From the NCBI GenBank assembly GCA_045594545.1, contig JAZNYQ010000039.1, positions 15,494 to 79,493 on the forward strand: a stretch of DNA of 64,000 nt. Reading direction: 5' to 3'. Every line of letters begins with the position of its first letter. Positions within the stretch are counted from its first letter, which is position 1. The notes below the pieces were generated by a model that was not told where the DNA came from, did no database searches, and saw only the letters and a program-made list of their open reading frames with translations. Origin of the DNA: Eubacteriales bacterium (GTDB lineage: Bacteria > Bacillota > Clostridia > Oscillospirales > UMGS1783). The position numbers were made by a program, and so were the translations under genes. Below, one piece after another: positions 8,390 through 17,427 of this stretch.

Positions 8390-9181
8390 TTACACTCCTA
8401 CCGTTTCCTTGGGTTGTTCTATTTGATATTGTTGCCCCGTATGATCCATTTTATAGTTTTCCGTGTAGATCAATTCCGATATCTTTACCAACTCAATACC
8501 TTTCTCCTTGGCATAGTCCAGAATAGACGGCAACGCCTCGGGTGTATGTAGTGCCGCATTGTGGAACAAGGTGATCGAACCGGCTTCCATTTTACCGGTA
8601 ACCCGTGCGGTGATTTCTTTAGCTGACAGATCTTTCCAATCCAGACTATCGATCGACCATTGAATGGTATAATATCCGTTTTCCAATAAGGTATCCACGA
8701 CCTGATCGTTATAATCGCCGTAAGGAGGACGGAACAAATGCGGTCGAACACCCGTTACCTTTTCAATTTTATCCGAACAACCGTTGACCTGTTTTAGCAT
8801 ATCCTCGGCCGATAGTTTGGTCATATACGGGTGGGTATCGGAGTGATTCATGACCTCATGCCCCGCATCATGCAGGGCTTTGACCGATTCGGGATATTTA
8901 TCTACCCACTCTCCTACCACAAAGAAGGTGGCCTTTACCTCATACTTTGCCAAAATATCTATAATCTCCTGCGTATCCTCATTGCCCCATGCCGCATCAA
9001 AGGAGATGGAAGCTTTATTATCGTCACGTTTCACGCTGTAAATGGGAAGGCTTCGGGCGGACGCGGTTGTGCTCATGGCACTTTGCACAACGCTTCCCGA
9101 AAAAATCACAGCCGCCAAGGTCACCACCGCCAATACAATGGTGGCAATCACGGCATTTTTACGAAACACTACAATTCTCAT
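8390..9181 (-). CDS. Polysaccharide deacetylase (NodB homology domain), PdaB-like sporulation protein, N-terminal membrane anchor
   Basis: N-terminal TM helix (AVIATIVLAVVTLAAVIF). NodB blocks SFDAAWGNE, KATFFVVGEW, GHEVMNHSDTHP and LFRPPYG. The FD-x-x-WG variant of motif 1 is the PdaB-type form as I recall it. Confidence 0.75.
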   Translation of the reverse strand: MRIVVFRKNAVIATIVLAVVTLAAVIFSGSVVQSAMSTTASARSLPIYSVKRDDNKASISFDAAWGNEDTQEIIDILAKYEVKATFFVVGEWVDKYPESVKALHDAGHEVMNHSDTHPYMTKLSAEDMLKQVNGCSDKIEKVTGVRPHLFRPPYGDYNDQVVDTLLENGYYTIQWSIDSLDWKDLSAKEITARVTGKMEAGSITLFHNAALHTPEALPSILDYAKEKGIELVKISELIYTENYKMDHTGQQYQIEQPKETVGV

Positions 9182-9231
9182 ACAATCACCCTCCTGTCCT
9201 TATAATCTATTCCGGTGGGTGCTTAAATATG

Positions 9232-9258
9232 CAAAGATAGCGGCAGAACCTCTGCCGC
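9232..9258 (-). terminator. Probable terminator after the amine-dehydrogenase-like gene
   Basis: GCGGCAG-AGGTT-CTGCCGC hairpin followed by TATCTTT on the minus strand. The U-tract is weak. Confidence 0.45.
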
Positions 9259-9264
9259 CTGTCT

Positions 9265-10290
9265 TTAACAGTAAAATTCCATAGGATAGGTTAAAAATTC
9301 GATCGGCTCCAATTGATCCACCGTAACCACTCCCGCCGGTGCGCGCAATACACTGGGGATACGGTTTACAACCGTGGCACAGGTATGCTCAACTGTGGCA
9401 GGCTTCACCACCTGAAATTCGGTTTCCGGTTCACCGATCATTCGCCATTGACACATATCCCCGTCATCCTCTCCGTATACCTTACCGATGCAACGGGTCT
9501 GGATCACAGGGCCTTGATGGGTATAAGTCTCCACAATGGCGGCCATGCCCAGACATTGTCCCTCGGTAATCTCGCGTCCGAGGGTAGATGAATATACGCT
9601 TCCTTTTTCAAAATAGGGTACATGTTTTTGGGTTTGAGACCGGATCGTCCAGCCCATTTTTTGCGCCAAAGCCTCATTCGAGTTCCATACATAAGAGGGC
9701 TCGAACTGTTCCGGCTCCCCGATCTTCTGCTGAAACTCATCGTAAGTCAGCCCCACTCCATGTGCCTTGGCTAACGCCAGCCCGTAATCTTCCACATTAT
9801 AACTGACAGCGCCCTCAATACGTGAAATATTGTGGCATCCGGCGGCCATGTGTGCCACGGCATTGACCCAGAAAATATCTTCCATGCCGCTCCCTACAAA
9901 AGTACAACCATTATCCTTGGCTAACTTATCCAGCTTATTGGTGCGGATCGGATCGCTTGTCCAACTGTATGTGGCTTCCTCACAGGTGGTGATCACATTA
10001 ATGCCTCGGCTTAGGCACTTAACATAATGCTCATAACAATCCCCCACAAAACTGAACAACGTCACAATGGCAATATCAGCATCGGCACTATCCAATACTG
10101 CATCCGCATCGTCGCTGATCAATATGCCCGTCTTAAAGCCGAGTTCTGCATAGTCACCGATATCCATACCGATAATCTGCGGATCAATATCAATGGCACC
10201 GACTACCTGCGCCCCTTTATCGTATAGATAACGCAGGATATATTTGCTCATTTTCCCGCAACCGTACTGCACAACCTTGATCTTACTCAT
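9265..10290 (-). CDS. NAD(P)-binding dehydrogenase, DapB-N/2,4-diaminopentanoate dehydrogenase-like (amine dehydrogenase family)
   Basis: N-terminal Rossmann [18 protein letters not shown]. Size and layout fit the family. ATG at 10290 has AGGAGA 7 nt upstream. Confidence 0.6.
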   Translation of the reverse strand: MSKIKVVQYGCGKMSKYILRYLYDKGAQVVGAIDIDPQIIGMDIGDYAELGFKTGILISDDADAVLDSADADIAIVTLFSFVGDCYEHYVKCLSRGINVITTCEEATYSWTSDPIRTNKLDKLAKDNGCTFVGSGMEDIFWVNAVAHMAAGCHNISRIEGAVSYNVEDYGLALAKAHGVGLTYDEFQQKIGEPEQFEPSYVWNSNEALAQKMGWTIRSQTQKHVPYFEKGSVYSSTLGREITEGQCLGMAAIVETYTHQGPVIQTRCIGKVYGEDDGDMCQWRMIGEPETEFQVVKPATVEHTCATVVNRIPSVLRAPAGVVTVDQLEPIEFLTYPMEFYC

Positions 10291-10348
10291 GTCTGGTTCT
10301 CCTATCATTATGTTATGTTTAGTTTATCCACATCCTTTCTCAGTATGC

Positions 10349-10379
10349 AAAAACCTCCGAACCAAGTTCGGAGGTTTTT
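10349..10379 (-). terminator. Terminator of the rnf operon (symmetric hairpin)
   Basis: AAAAACCTCCGAAC-CAA-GTTCGGAGGTTTTT, 4 nt after the rnfB stop. Confidence 0.8.
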
Positions 10380-10382
10380 ATG

Positions 10383-11216
10383 TTACTGACGGGTATCCCC
10401 GTGTTCCATTTGAAATTCGCCAAACCATATCGTGCTTCTGGGACACTTCTCGAAGCAGGTTCCGCATTGAATACAACGGTCGTAATCAATTTCCGCCAAT
10501 CCGTTGACCACTTTAATGGCATCGGTCGGGCAATTCTTCTGGCAGATTCCGCATCCGATACAACCGATCTGGCAATAGGAGCGAACCATCTTGCCGTTAT
10601 CGCGGGAGGAACAGCCCACCCAATACTGACCGGAGAACGGAACAAGGTGAATAATGTGTTTCGGGCAGGCATTGGCACACAGGCCGCATCCTACGCACTT
10701 TTCATATTCCACCACAGCCACACCGTTTTCGATCTTGATCGCGCCAAACGGACAGACGCGCACGCACGTCCCATAGCCTAAACACCCGTAAGGACACTCC
10801 TTGTCACCGCCGCCGATACGGGATACCGATACGCAATCCATCAGGCCGTCATACTGGAATTTATGACGGGCCAGATCGTTGGTACCCGAACACATGACCT
10901 GTGCCCGCATGCGAACGGTGCTCGTTGGGTTCTCAGTCCCCATAATTTTACCGATCTGTTCGGTAACCTCAGGAGGAGCCGCCATACATTTGTTGCCGGG
11001 CACATGATCATTCACAATCGCTTCGGCATAGTTGGCACATCCGGCATAACCGCAGGCACCGCAGTTGGCACCGGGTAAAACGTTTTTGATCTCATCAATG
11101 CGCTTATCCACCTTGACTTTAAAGGCTTTACTGGCCACGCCAAGCAACGCACCAAAGATCAGTCCGAAGACGCCCAGCGGGATAAGAGCACGCAAGACCT
11201 GTTCAAATACTGTCAT
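10383..11216 (-). CDS. rnfB: Rnf electron transport complex subunit B (polyferredoxin)
   Basis: N-terminal TM helix, CGACGYAGC cluster and several CxxCxxCxxxCP 4Fe-4S motifs. Last gene of rnfCDGEAB. Confidence 0.9.
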   Translation of the reverse strand: MTVFEQVLRALIPLGVFGLIFGALLGVASKAFKVKVDKRIDEIKNVLPGANCGACGYAGCANYAEAIVNDHVPGNKCMAAPPEVTEQIGKIMGTENPTSTVRMRAQVMCSGTNDLARHKFQYDGLMDCVSVSRIGGGDKECPYGCLGYGTCVRVCPFGAIKIENGVAVVEYEKCVGCGLCANACPKHIIHLVPFSGQYWVGCSSRDNGKMVRSYCQIGCIGCGICQKNCPTDAIKVVNGLAEIDYDRCIQCGTCFEKCPRSTIWFGEFQMEHGDTRQ

Positions 11217-11229
11217 TCCTATCCCCTCC

Positions 11230-11817
11230 TTATCCGAATATCTTCATACCGGAAAATCCGGAGAAGGCAATGGCCAACAACGCGGCCGTAATCAAGGCGA
11301 TCGGAAATCCCTTGAACGGTTTAGGGATATCGTTAAGCTCAATTCTTTCCCGTACACAGGAGAAAATGAAGATAGCCAACAGGAACGACACACCCGAAAC
11401 AAATCCATAGAAGGTAGCCAGACCGAAATCATACTGGCGCTGGATCCCCAGAATGGCCGAGCCGAGAACGGCACAGTTGGTGGTGATCAAAGGCAGATAG
11501 ATACCAAGCGCCCGATAAAGAGACGGGATCATCTTTTTTAAGAACAGTTCAATAAACTGAACCAAAGAAGCAATGATCAAAATAAAGGAGATCGTCTGCA
11601 GATACTCCAGATCATACGGCACCAATACAAAGGTGTTGACCAGCCATGTGACCATCGACGAGAGGGTCATGGTAAAGATAACTGCCATACCCATGCCGAC
11701 AGCCGTGCTCCGCTTCTTGGAAACGCCTAAGAACGGGCAGACACCCAAGAACTGCACGAGAACGTAGTTCTCAATAAAGATGGTGGTAATAGCCACCGAA
11801 AAATAGGTTTGCAGCAT
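11230..11817 (-). CDS. rnfA: Rnf complex subunit A
   Basis: Polytopic membrane protein of RnfA/NqrE type. ATG at 11817 has AGGAGG 9 nt upstream and forms a TGATG junction with rnfE. Confidence 0.9.
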   Translation of the reverse strand: MLQTYFSVAITTIFIENYVLVQFLGVCPFLGVSKKRSTAVGMGMAVIFTMTLSSMVTWLVNTFVLVPYDLEYLQTISFILIIASLVQFIELFLKKMIPSLYRALGIYLPLITTNCAVLGSAILGIQRQYDFGLATFYGFVSGVSFLLAIFIFSCVRERIELNDIPKPFKGFPIALITAALLAIAFSGFSGMKIFG

Positions 11818-12443
11818 CAGTTGTCGCCTCCTTTCCATTTATCGGAAAGCTTATTGAAAGCGGCAATCAGGAAACCAAGCACCAAGAAACCGCCGGCAGG
11901 CAGGATCATGATCACAGCCGGTTCATATCCGATGTACTGTGCAAAATCCCAGCCGAGGATCTTACCCGAGCCCAAAATCTCACGCACAGCCGAAACGATC
12001 ACCACAACAAGCGTATACCCGATACCCATGGACAATCCGTCAAGTACCGACATGAACGGATTATTCTTAGAGGCAAAACTCTCGGCACGCGCTAAAATGA
12101 TACAGTTTACCACGATCAACGGAATAAACAAACCTAACGCCTCGGAAACATCCGGCAGATAGGCTTCCAGCAACATCTCGATCGCCGTAACAAATCCCGA
12201 AATAATAACGATAAATGCGGCTATGCGGATCTGATTGGGAATCACCGAACGCAGCAGGGATATAACCAGATTGGCTCCCATCAAAACCGCAGTAACGGCA
12301 AGACCCATAAAGAATCCATTTTTAACACTGACGGTAATGGCCAGCGCCGAACACATACCAAGCAACTGCACGAAAACAGGATTCTGGTTGAGGATACCGT
12401 CCATGAATATTTTGCTGATTTTATTGGGTTGTTTCTCGCTCAT
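11817..12443 (-). CDS. rnfE: Rnf complex subunit E
   Basis: RnfE/NqrD-type polytopic protein (NPVFVQLLGMCSALA). Confidence 0.9.
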   Translation of the reverse strand: MSEKQPNKISKIFMDGILNQNPVFVQLLGMCSALAITVSVKNGFFMGLAVTAVLMGANLVISLLRSVIPNQIRIAAFIVIISGFVTAIEMLLEAYLPDVSEALGLFIPLIVVNCIILARAESFASKNNPFMSVLDGLSMGIGYTLVVVIVSAVREILGSGKILGWDFAQYIGYEPAVIMILPAGGFLVLGFLIAAFNKLSDKWKGGDN

Positions 12444-12445
12444 GG

Positions 12446-13285
12446 TTAGTCCTCCTCTCCCGGTTGTGCCATATTTAAGCGCACTTCATCCACGGCGGTA
12501 AGCGCCGCATTGATTCCGTTTTTAATACCGTCCGAAGTAAATGTGGCACCGCTGACTGCCGTAACCTGATTGGAGAATTCGATCGGGCGGGACAGCCCCT
12601 CAAACTGATTGAAAAACTCCTCGTTACTCGAAATAACCGTTTCACCGATACCCGGTGTTTCCGAATGGTTCACCACTTGAATGGCGGTTACCTTGTTAAG
12701 CAGGTCACTTCCCACAATCATTTCAATCGGCGTGCTGGAATATCCAATTGCGCGCACATTGACACAGTATCCGATAATCTCATTATCTTCATAAACCAAA
12801 TAGACCGAATCGACGTTGGCATCGCTGTAGGCAAATCCGTTGGATGTCTGCTCTTTGGCATCCACAAACTGATCAGCCTGGGGGAAGATGGCTTCCAACG
12901 CCACCTGCCGCTTTTCGGTCTCATGCTGATCAATGATCGGCTTAGTCTGGGCGTGGATAAACCCTAATAATCCCGCAACGATAGCGGTAATGGCCATCAG
13001 CACCACACCAAACAACATAATATCCGTAAAATCGTTATTGCCGTTCTCTCCATCCTCTCTCTTCTTGAAAGAGGGCATGATGCGAGTTTTACGAGGCGGC
13101 ATTTTCTGCTCCTCGATCTGGGTCATAGCCTCCATCTGGGCAATGGGAGACTCGTTATCGGCAGGCAATTCCTCTGCCGTTACCGAAGCCAAGGCTTCAT
13201 CCGCGATCTTTTCGATCTGCTCAGTCTGTGGTTGCGGTCGGTTCTGCCTGGTTCGCTTCTGCGTCGGCTTCTTCTCGTCTGCCAT
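12446..13285 (-). CDS. rnfG: Rnf complex subunit G (FMN-binding) with long charged N-terminal extension
   Basis: TM helix followed by an FMN_bind domain containing the flavinylation motif SGATFTS. ATG at 13285 has AAAGGGGGG 8 nt upstream. The start is uncertain, with internal ATGs at 13135, 13102 and 13078. Confidence 0.8.
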   Translation of the reverse strand: MADEKKPTQKRTRQNRPQPQTEQIEKIADEALASVTAEELPADNESPIAQMEAMTQIEEQKMPPRKTRIMPSFKKREDGENGNNDFTDIMLFGVVLMAITAIVAGLLGFIHAQTKPIIDQHETEKRQVALEAIFPQADQFVDAKEQTSNGFAYSDANVDSVYLVYEDNEIIGYCVNVRAIGYSSTPIEMIVGSDLLNKVTAIQVVNHSETPGIGETVISSNEEFFNQFEGLSRPIEFSNQVTAVSGATFTSDGIKNGINAALTAVDEVRLNMAQPGEED

Positions 13286-14267
13286 AGAACGCACCCCCCT
13301 TTCCGAATCTTCTGGGTTTGGTTATCCCGTCAATGGCCCATGCCAGCGAATTCATCAACAGAATGGCAAAGGAAACGCCTTCGGGATAATTGGAAAATCT
13401 ACGAAATACAAAGGTAAGCAATCCGCAACCGATGGCATACAGAACTCTACCTCGTGTCGTTGTGGGTGCAGAAGAATAATCGGTCGCCATATAGATCGCA
13501 CCCAATAGCAGACCACCGCCAAGCACCTGAGCAAGCGCATACTGTATCGGCGTACCCGATGTCGGGAACAGATAGGCCAACACGCCAACCGTAGCGATAT
13601 AAAACACGGGAATATGCCAGTTAATCACCTTACGCACCAACAGATAGATGCCGCCGATCAGGAGCAAAATCGCCGAGGTCTCACCGATACATCCGGCAAT
13701 ATTACCCCAAAACAGATCCGACAAGTTGGTAAAACTGTACTCCAGATTACGAAGCGACTGCAACGGCGTTGCACTGGTAATGATCTGATCGGCATTCACA
13801 TTCAAAAAGATCGGAACACCGTTATACTCAAACGGTTTGAGCCATGTCGTCATGTGTACCGGCCATGCAATAAACAGAAAGGCACGGGCCGCCAACGCCG
13901 GATTCATAAAATTATTTCCCAATCCGCCGAAAACACCCTTGACCACGATCATGGCAAAGAAAGCGCCGACAACAGGGATCCATAACGGCACGGTTACCGG
14001 CAACGTCAACGCCAACAACAGTCCCGAAACGGCCGCCGAAAGATCGCTGATCGTCTGCTTCTTCTTGCAACAAATGTTAAATAACGCCTCAGCCAGAACC
14101 GATGCCCCAACGCTGATCAATATAATAATGATCGCGCGAAGACCAAACAGGAAACCCGAAAAGATAGCAACAGGAGTCAACGCCACCAATACCGAAAACA
14201 TGATCGACTGCGTAGTGTCATTGGATCGGATATGCGGCGAGGAAGTGATAAGAAATTTTCCGTCCAT
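13221..14267 (-). CDS. rnfD: Rnf complex subunit D
   Basis: SSPHIR N-terminus, polytopic, ITSATPL flavin-attachment region. Confidence 0.9.
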   Translation of the reverse strand: MDGKFLITSSPHIRSNDTTQSIMFSVLVALTPVAIFSGFLFGLRAIIIILISVGASVLAEALFNICCKKKQTISDLSAAVSGLLLALTLPVTVPLWIPVVGAFFAMIVVKGVFGGLGNNFMNPALAARAFLFIAWPVHMTTWLKPFEYNGVPIFLNVNADQIITSATPLQSLRNLEYSFTNLSDLFWGNIAGCIGETSAILLLIGGIYLLVRKVINWHIPVFYIATVGVLAYLFPTSGTPIQYALAQVLGGGLLLGAIYMATDYSSAPTTTRGRVLYAIGCGLLTFVFRRFSNYPEGVSFAILLMNSLAWAIDGITKPRRFGKGGAFYGRREEADAEANQAEPTATTD

Positions 14268-14272
14268 GCGAT

Positions 14273-15595
14273 TTAACCCTCCCTTTTCTTCTTGCTGGTA
14301 ATCTTGAATTTGGTCAAACGCATCATCTGCACCAGCTGGATCTTAGCCGGACAGCTGTAAGAACAGGCTCCGCACTCAATGCAATCCAGCACGTTGTATT
14401 TCTCCGCTTCATCGTACATCTCATTCTTGGCGTAACGATAAATGTAGTTGGGCATCAAATGCATCGGGCACCCCTTTACGCACCGACCGCAACGAATACA
14501 AATCGGATTCTCGACCAATTCCACATTGTTTGTCGTATAGGCGATCAACCCGTTGGTCTGCTTAATGATCGGCGCTTCCAAGGTATGCTGAGCAACACCC
14601 ATCATCGGCCCGCCCATAATGATCTTGGTCGGTTCAACCGTAAAACCACCGGCCGCTTCAAACATATACTGCATCGGCGTACCAATGCGCGCCAAGGCAT
14701 TCTTGCTGGATTTTACGGCAGGACCCGACACGGTCACAACACGCTTAATGACCGGCAAACCGGTACTGGCGCTACGGTACAGGGAGGCACAGGTATCAAT
14801 ATTAAACACCGCGCAACCGGCATCCAGCGGCAATTCCCCCGGCTTCACCTCTCGACGGGTAATGGCTCGGATCAGCTGTTTTTCCGCCCCCTGCGGATAC
14901 TTGGTCTTAAGCGGAATTACATGAATCCCATACGATTCCGCAATAATCTTCATGGTGGAAATGGCATCCGCCTTGTTGGTTTCAATCCCCACATAAGCCT
15001 CATCCAGACTCAGTGCCCGCATGAGCATACGAATCCCGCCGACAATAAATTTCGGATATTCGATCATGGCACGCTCGTCAGCCGCAATAACCGGCTCACA
15101 CTCGGCACCGTTGATGATCAGCGTGTCTACCTTGCGGTCGATCGCCGTTCTGAGTTTTACATGCGTCGGGAAACCGGCGCCGCCCATACCCACCAGACCC
15201 ATTTCACGGGCAAAGTCCACAATCTCATCCGGCGTCATCTTGTCTACGTTCTTAACGTTTTTCTGCTTGCCGGGGATAGGATCATCCTGAAAATCGTTCT
15301 CAATAACCACACTCATGACCCTCTCTCCGGTAGGATGCCAGCGGGGCGCTACATCAATGACGTTACCCGAAACCGATGCATGCACAGGAACCGACATAAA
15401 GGCATCACTATCGCCGATCTTCTGTCCCATATATACATAATCGCCCGTTTTCACAAGCGGCGTACAGGGCACGCCGATGTGCTGTTTCATCGGGATCACT
15501 ACATACTGCGGTTGTTCTACATGTTCAATGGGGCGGGCATGAGTCAATTCCTTATTGGAATGAAAATGAATGCCGCCGCTAAATGTATTGGCCAT
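14273..15595 (-). CDS. rnfC: Rnf complex subunit C
   Basis: GGIHF N-terminus, NADH/FMN-binding middle region (GMGGAGFPTHVK) and two 4Fe-4S motifs (CIRCGRCVKGCP, CIECGACSYSCP). Confidence 0.92.
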   Translation of the reverse strand: MANTFSGGIHFHSNKELTHARPIEHVEQPQYVVIPMKQHIGVPCTPLVKTGDYVYMGQKIGDSDAFMSVPVHASVSGNVIDVAPRWHPTGERVMSVVIENDFQDDPIPGKQKNVKNVDKMTPDEIVDFAREMGLVGMGGAGFPTHVKLRTAIDRKVDTLIINGAECEPVIAADERAMIEYPKFIVGGIRMLMRALSLDEAYVGIETNKADAISTMKIIAESYGIHVIPLKTKYPQGAEKQLIRAITRREVKPGELPLDAGCAVFNIDTCASLYRSASTGLPVIKRVVTVSGPAVKSSKNALARIGTPMQYMFEAAGGFTVEPTKIIMGGPMMGVAQHTLEAPIIKQTNGLIAYTTNNVELVENPICIRCGRCVKGCPMHLMPNYIYRYAKNEMYDEAEKYNVLDCIECGACSYSCPAKIQLVQMMRLTKFKITSKKKREG

Positions 15596-15648
15596 TACAG
15601 TACCTCTTCTTTATGCTTTCTCAAGTTTGCAACAATATCACAAAATGC

Positions 15649-15677
15649 ATTATAGCACAAAAGGGAAAGTTGTGCAA
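15649..15677 (-). promoter_or_regulatory. Candidate sigma-A promoter of the rnf operon
   Basis: Minus strand reads TTGCAC-17 nt-TATAAT with an extended TGC before the -10, about 55 nt upstream of the rnfC ATG. Confidence 0.5.
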
Positions 15678-15678
15678 T

Positions 15679-15715
15679 AAAAAAGGATAAGTAATCTTAA
15701 AAAAGATTACTTATC
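15679..15715 (-). terminator. Terminator after nrdR
   Basis: 13-bp stem GATAAGTAATCTT/AAGATTACTTATC followed by TTTTTTATT on the minus strand. Confidence 0.8.
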
Positions 15716-15752
15716 TATTTTTACTGGAATATACCGTTCCATGCATCTGTTC

Positions 15753-16208
15753 TTATTTTTCGCTCAGCAAGCGATCCAATTCTTTCTTGAATGTGCTGAT
15801 ATCCTTAAACTGCCGATATACCGAGGCAAAACGCACATACGCTACCTCATCAATGCCTCGCAATTTCTCCATGGCCAATTCACCGATCTTGACCGAAGAA
15901 ATTTCCTGTTCCATTGAATTGGAAATGGCGTACTCAATCTCGTCCGCCGCCTTCTCCAAGGTAGACAGAGAAACCGGACGCTTATCGCAAGAACGCAAAA
16001 ATCCTCGCAATAACTTGTCCCGATCAAATTCCTGACGGGAACCGTCTTTCTTCACTACAATAATGGGAACCGTTTCGATAATTTCAAACGTGGTAAATCG
16101 TTTCTGACACTTTAAGCACTCCCGACGGCGGCGAATTCTCTGCCCGTCATCGGTCGGACGCGAATTGCTGACCTTGCTTTCTTCATGACCGCAAAAAGGA
16201 CATCTCAT
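15753..16208 (-). CDS. nrdR: Transcriptional repressor NrdR
   Basis: Zinc ribbon [17 protein letters not shown]...[12 protein letters not shown] followed by an ATP-cone domain. Confidence 0.95.
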   Translation of the reverse strand: MRCPFCGHEESKVSNSRPTDDGQRIRRRRECLKCQKRFTTFEIIETVPIIVVKKDGSRQEFDRDKLLRGFLRSCDKRPVSLSTLEKAADEIEYAISNSMEQEISSVKIGELAMEKLRGIDEVAYVRFASVYRQFKDISTFKKELDRLLSEK

Positions 16209-16229
16209 GCGTTTTGTTTTCCTCTCTTT

Positions 16230-16502
16230 TTAAATTTTAGCCAAATAATCATCCAAAATCTCAACCAGAGAATCCGGAAATACTTCTCCCTTTGCCAGCA
16301 CTTCGATCAGCTGACAGATCGCGTTCCGATCGGCAGAAATGTGATCCATCGTTACATATTCTTCAATCAAATCCCGATCGCTCGTCATCACAATGCTGAT
16401 TCCGTACGACTCTTCTTTCCATGCATCAACCGTTAAAAAATAATCCAGTATTACGCCTTCCAACTCCCGTACCGACACCCGATACAATCGCTCACGTTTC
16501 AT
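16230..16502 (-). CDS. Small acidic hypothetical protein (90 aa)
   Basis: ATG with AAGGAG 9 nt upstream. It ends 21 nt before nrdR and has a promoter-like element upstream. I recognise no family. Confidence 0.55.
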   Translation of the reverse strand: MKRERLYRVSVRELEGVILDYFLTVDAWKEESYGISIVMTSDRDLIEEYVTMDHISADRNAICQLIEVLAKGEVFPDSLVEILDDYLAKI

Positions 16503-16533
16503 GCCTTAAATCTCCTTTTGGCTATGTGAGACC

Positions 16534-16563
16534 ATTATGACATGAGCCGCTATGCTTTGTAAA
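16534..16563 (-). promoter_or_regulatory. Candidate promoter for the 90-aa gene plus nrdR
   Basis: Minus strand reads TTTACA-18 nt-CATAAT, about 30 nt upstream of the ATG at 16502. Confidence 0.4.
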
Positions 16564-16653
16564 TAATAATCTTTCGCCACCAATCGACACAATGTTGTTC
16601 TTTTCTGTAGAAAATCCCCCTGTGCCAATATTATGTTAACTCGTAGAAATAAT

Positions 16654-17424
16654 TTACAATTTGTTCACAAAATCAGCCGCATCGCGAAGCTGGGAATCCT
16701 GCTGATAATTGTCGGAATAGACCTCAATGACTTTGGTGACCGCATCGCTGCGAATATGCTCGTTTAAGATGTTCGCATAGTCGCACACACCCTGTCCGGG
16801 CAATGCACAGGACCCATCATCCAGATAATCGCTAGCGTGAAAATGAATGAGATTTTCCCCCATGGCGTCCCGAATACTACACGGATCCTCACCGCATCGC
16901 TTAGCCTGCTTGACATCGAGCGTAAAACAAACATCTTTCTGTAATATCCGCTTCATTTCCCGCACGAAATCCGCATGCCCGGCGTAATGACGCGTGACGT
17001 TTTCCTGGGAAAAGCGTATCCCTTCCCTCTTAGCCGATTCAAACAATGCCGCATAAATATCGCAGTATTGCTCTGTGCCGATCGGCCATTCGGATCGACA
17101 GCCGTGGAAGTTAAACACGCGAGCCCCCATAGCCGCCGCAGCCTCAAAATACCGTTTATAGATATCATAAAAATCCTGACGGCGAGGCTCATAACTGCCA
17201 AATAAACAGTAAGTTTCGGCAAACGAGGTAAAGGGATGAAAAGCAACGACCGTCAGACCCAAGCCCCTGGCCTTCTCACGAAATCGACAAGCGTAATCGA
17301 CCGTAGACTCCGACGGGGCATTAACAAAGACCTCAATCTCTCCAAATCCCAACGCCGCAATGCGCTCCAGCGTTTCCTCCGTAGTGTTCGGATAGAAACA
17401 AGAGGTTGATATTCCGATCCTCAT
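16654..17424 (-). CDS. Sugar phosphate isomerase/epimerase (xylose isomerase-like TIM barrel)
   Basis: Typical family layout (MRIGISTSCF..., FHGC..., HFHASD metal-ligand blocks). Starts 3 nt after the aminotransferase stop. Confidence 0.75.
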   Translation of the reverse strand: MRIGISTSCFYPNTTEETLERIAALGFGEIEVFVNAPSESTVDYACRFREKARGLGLTVVAFHPFTSFAETYCLFGSYEPRRQDFYDIYKRYFEAAAAMGARVFNFHGCRSEWPIGTEQYCDIYAALFESAKREGIRFSQENVTRHYAGHADFVREMKRILQKDVCFTLDVKQAKRCGEDPCSIRDAMGENLIHFHASDYLDDGSCALPGQGVCDYANILNEHIRSDAVTKVIEVYSDNYQQDSQLRDAADFVNKL

Positions 17425-17427
17425 ACG

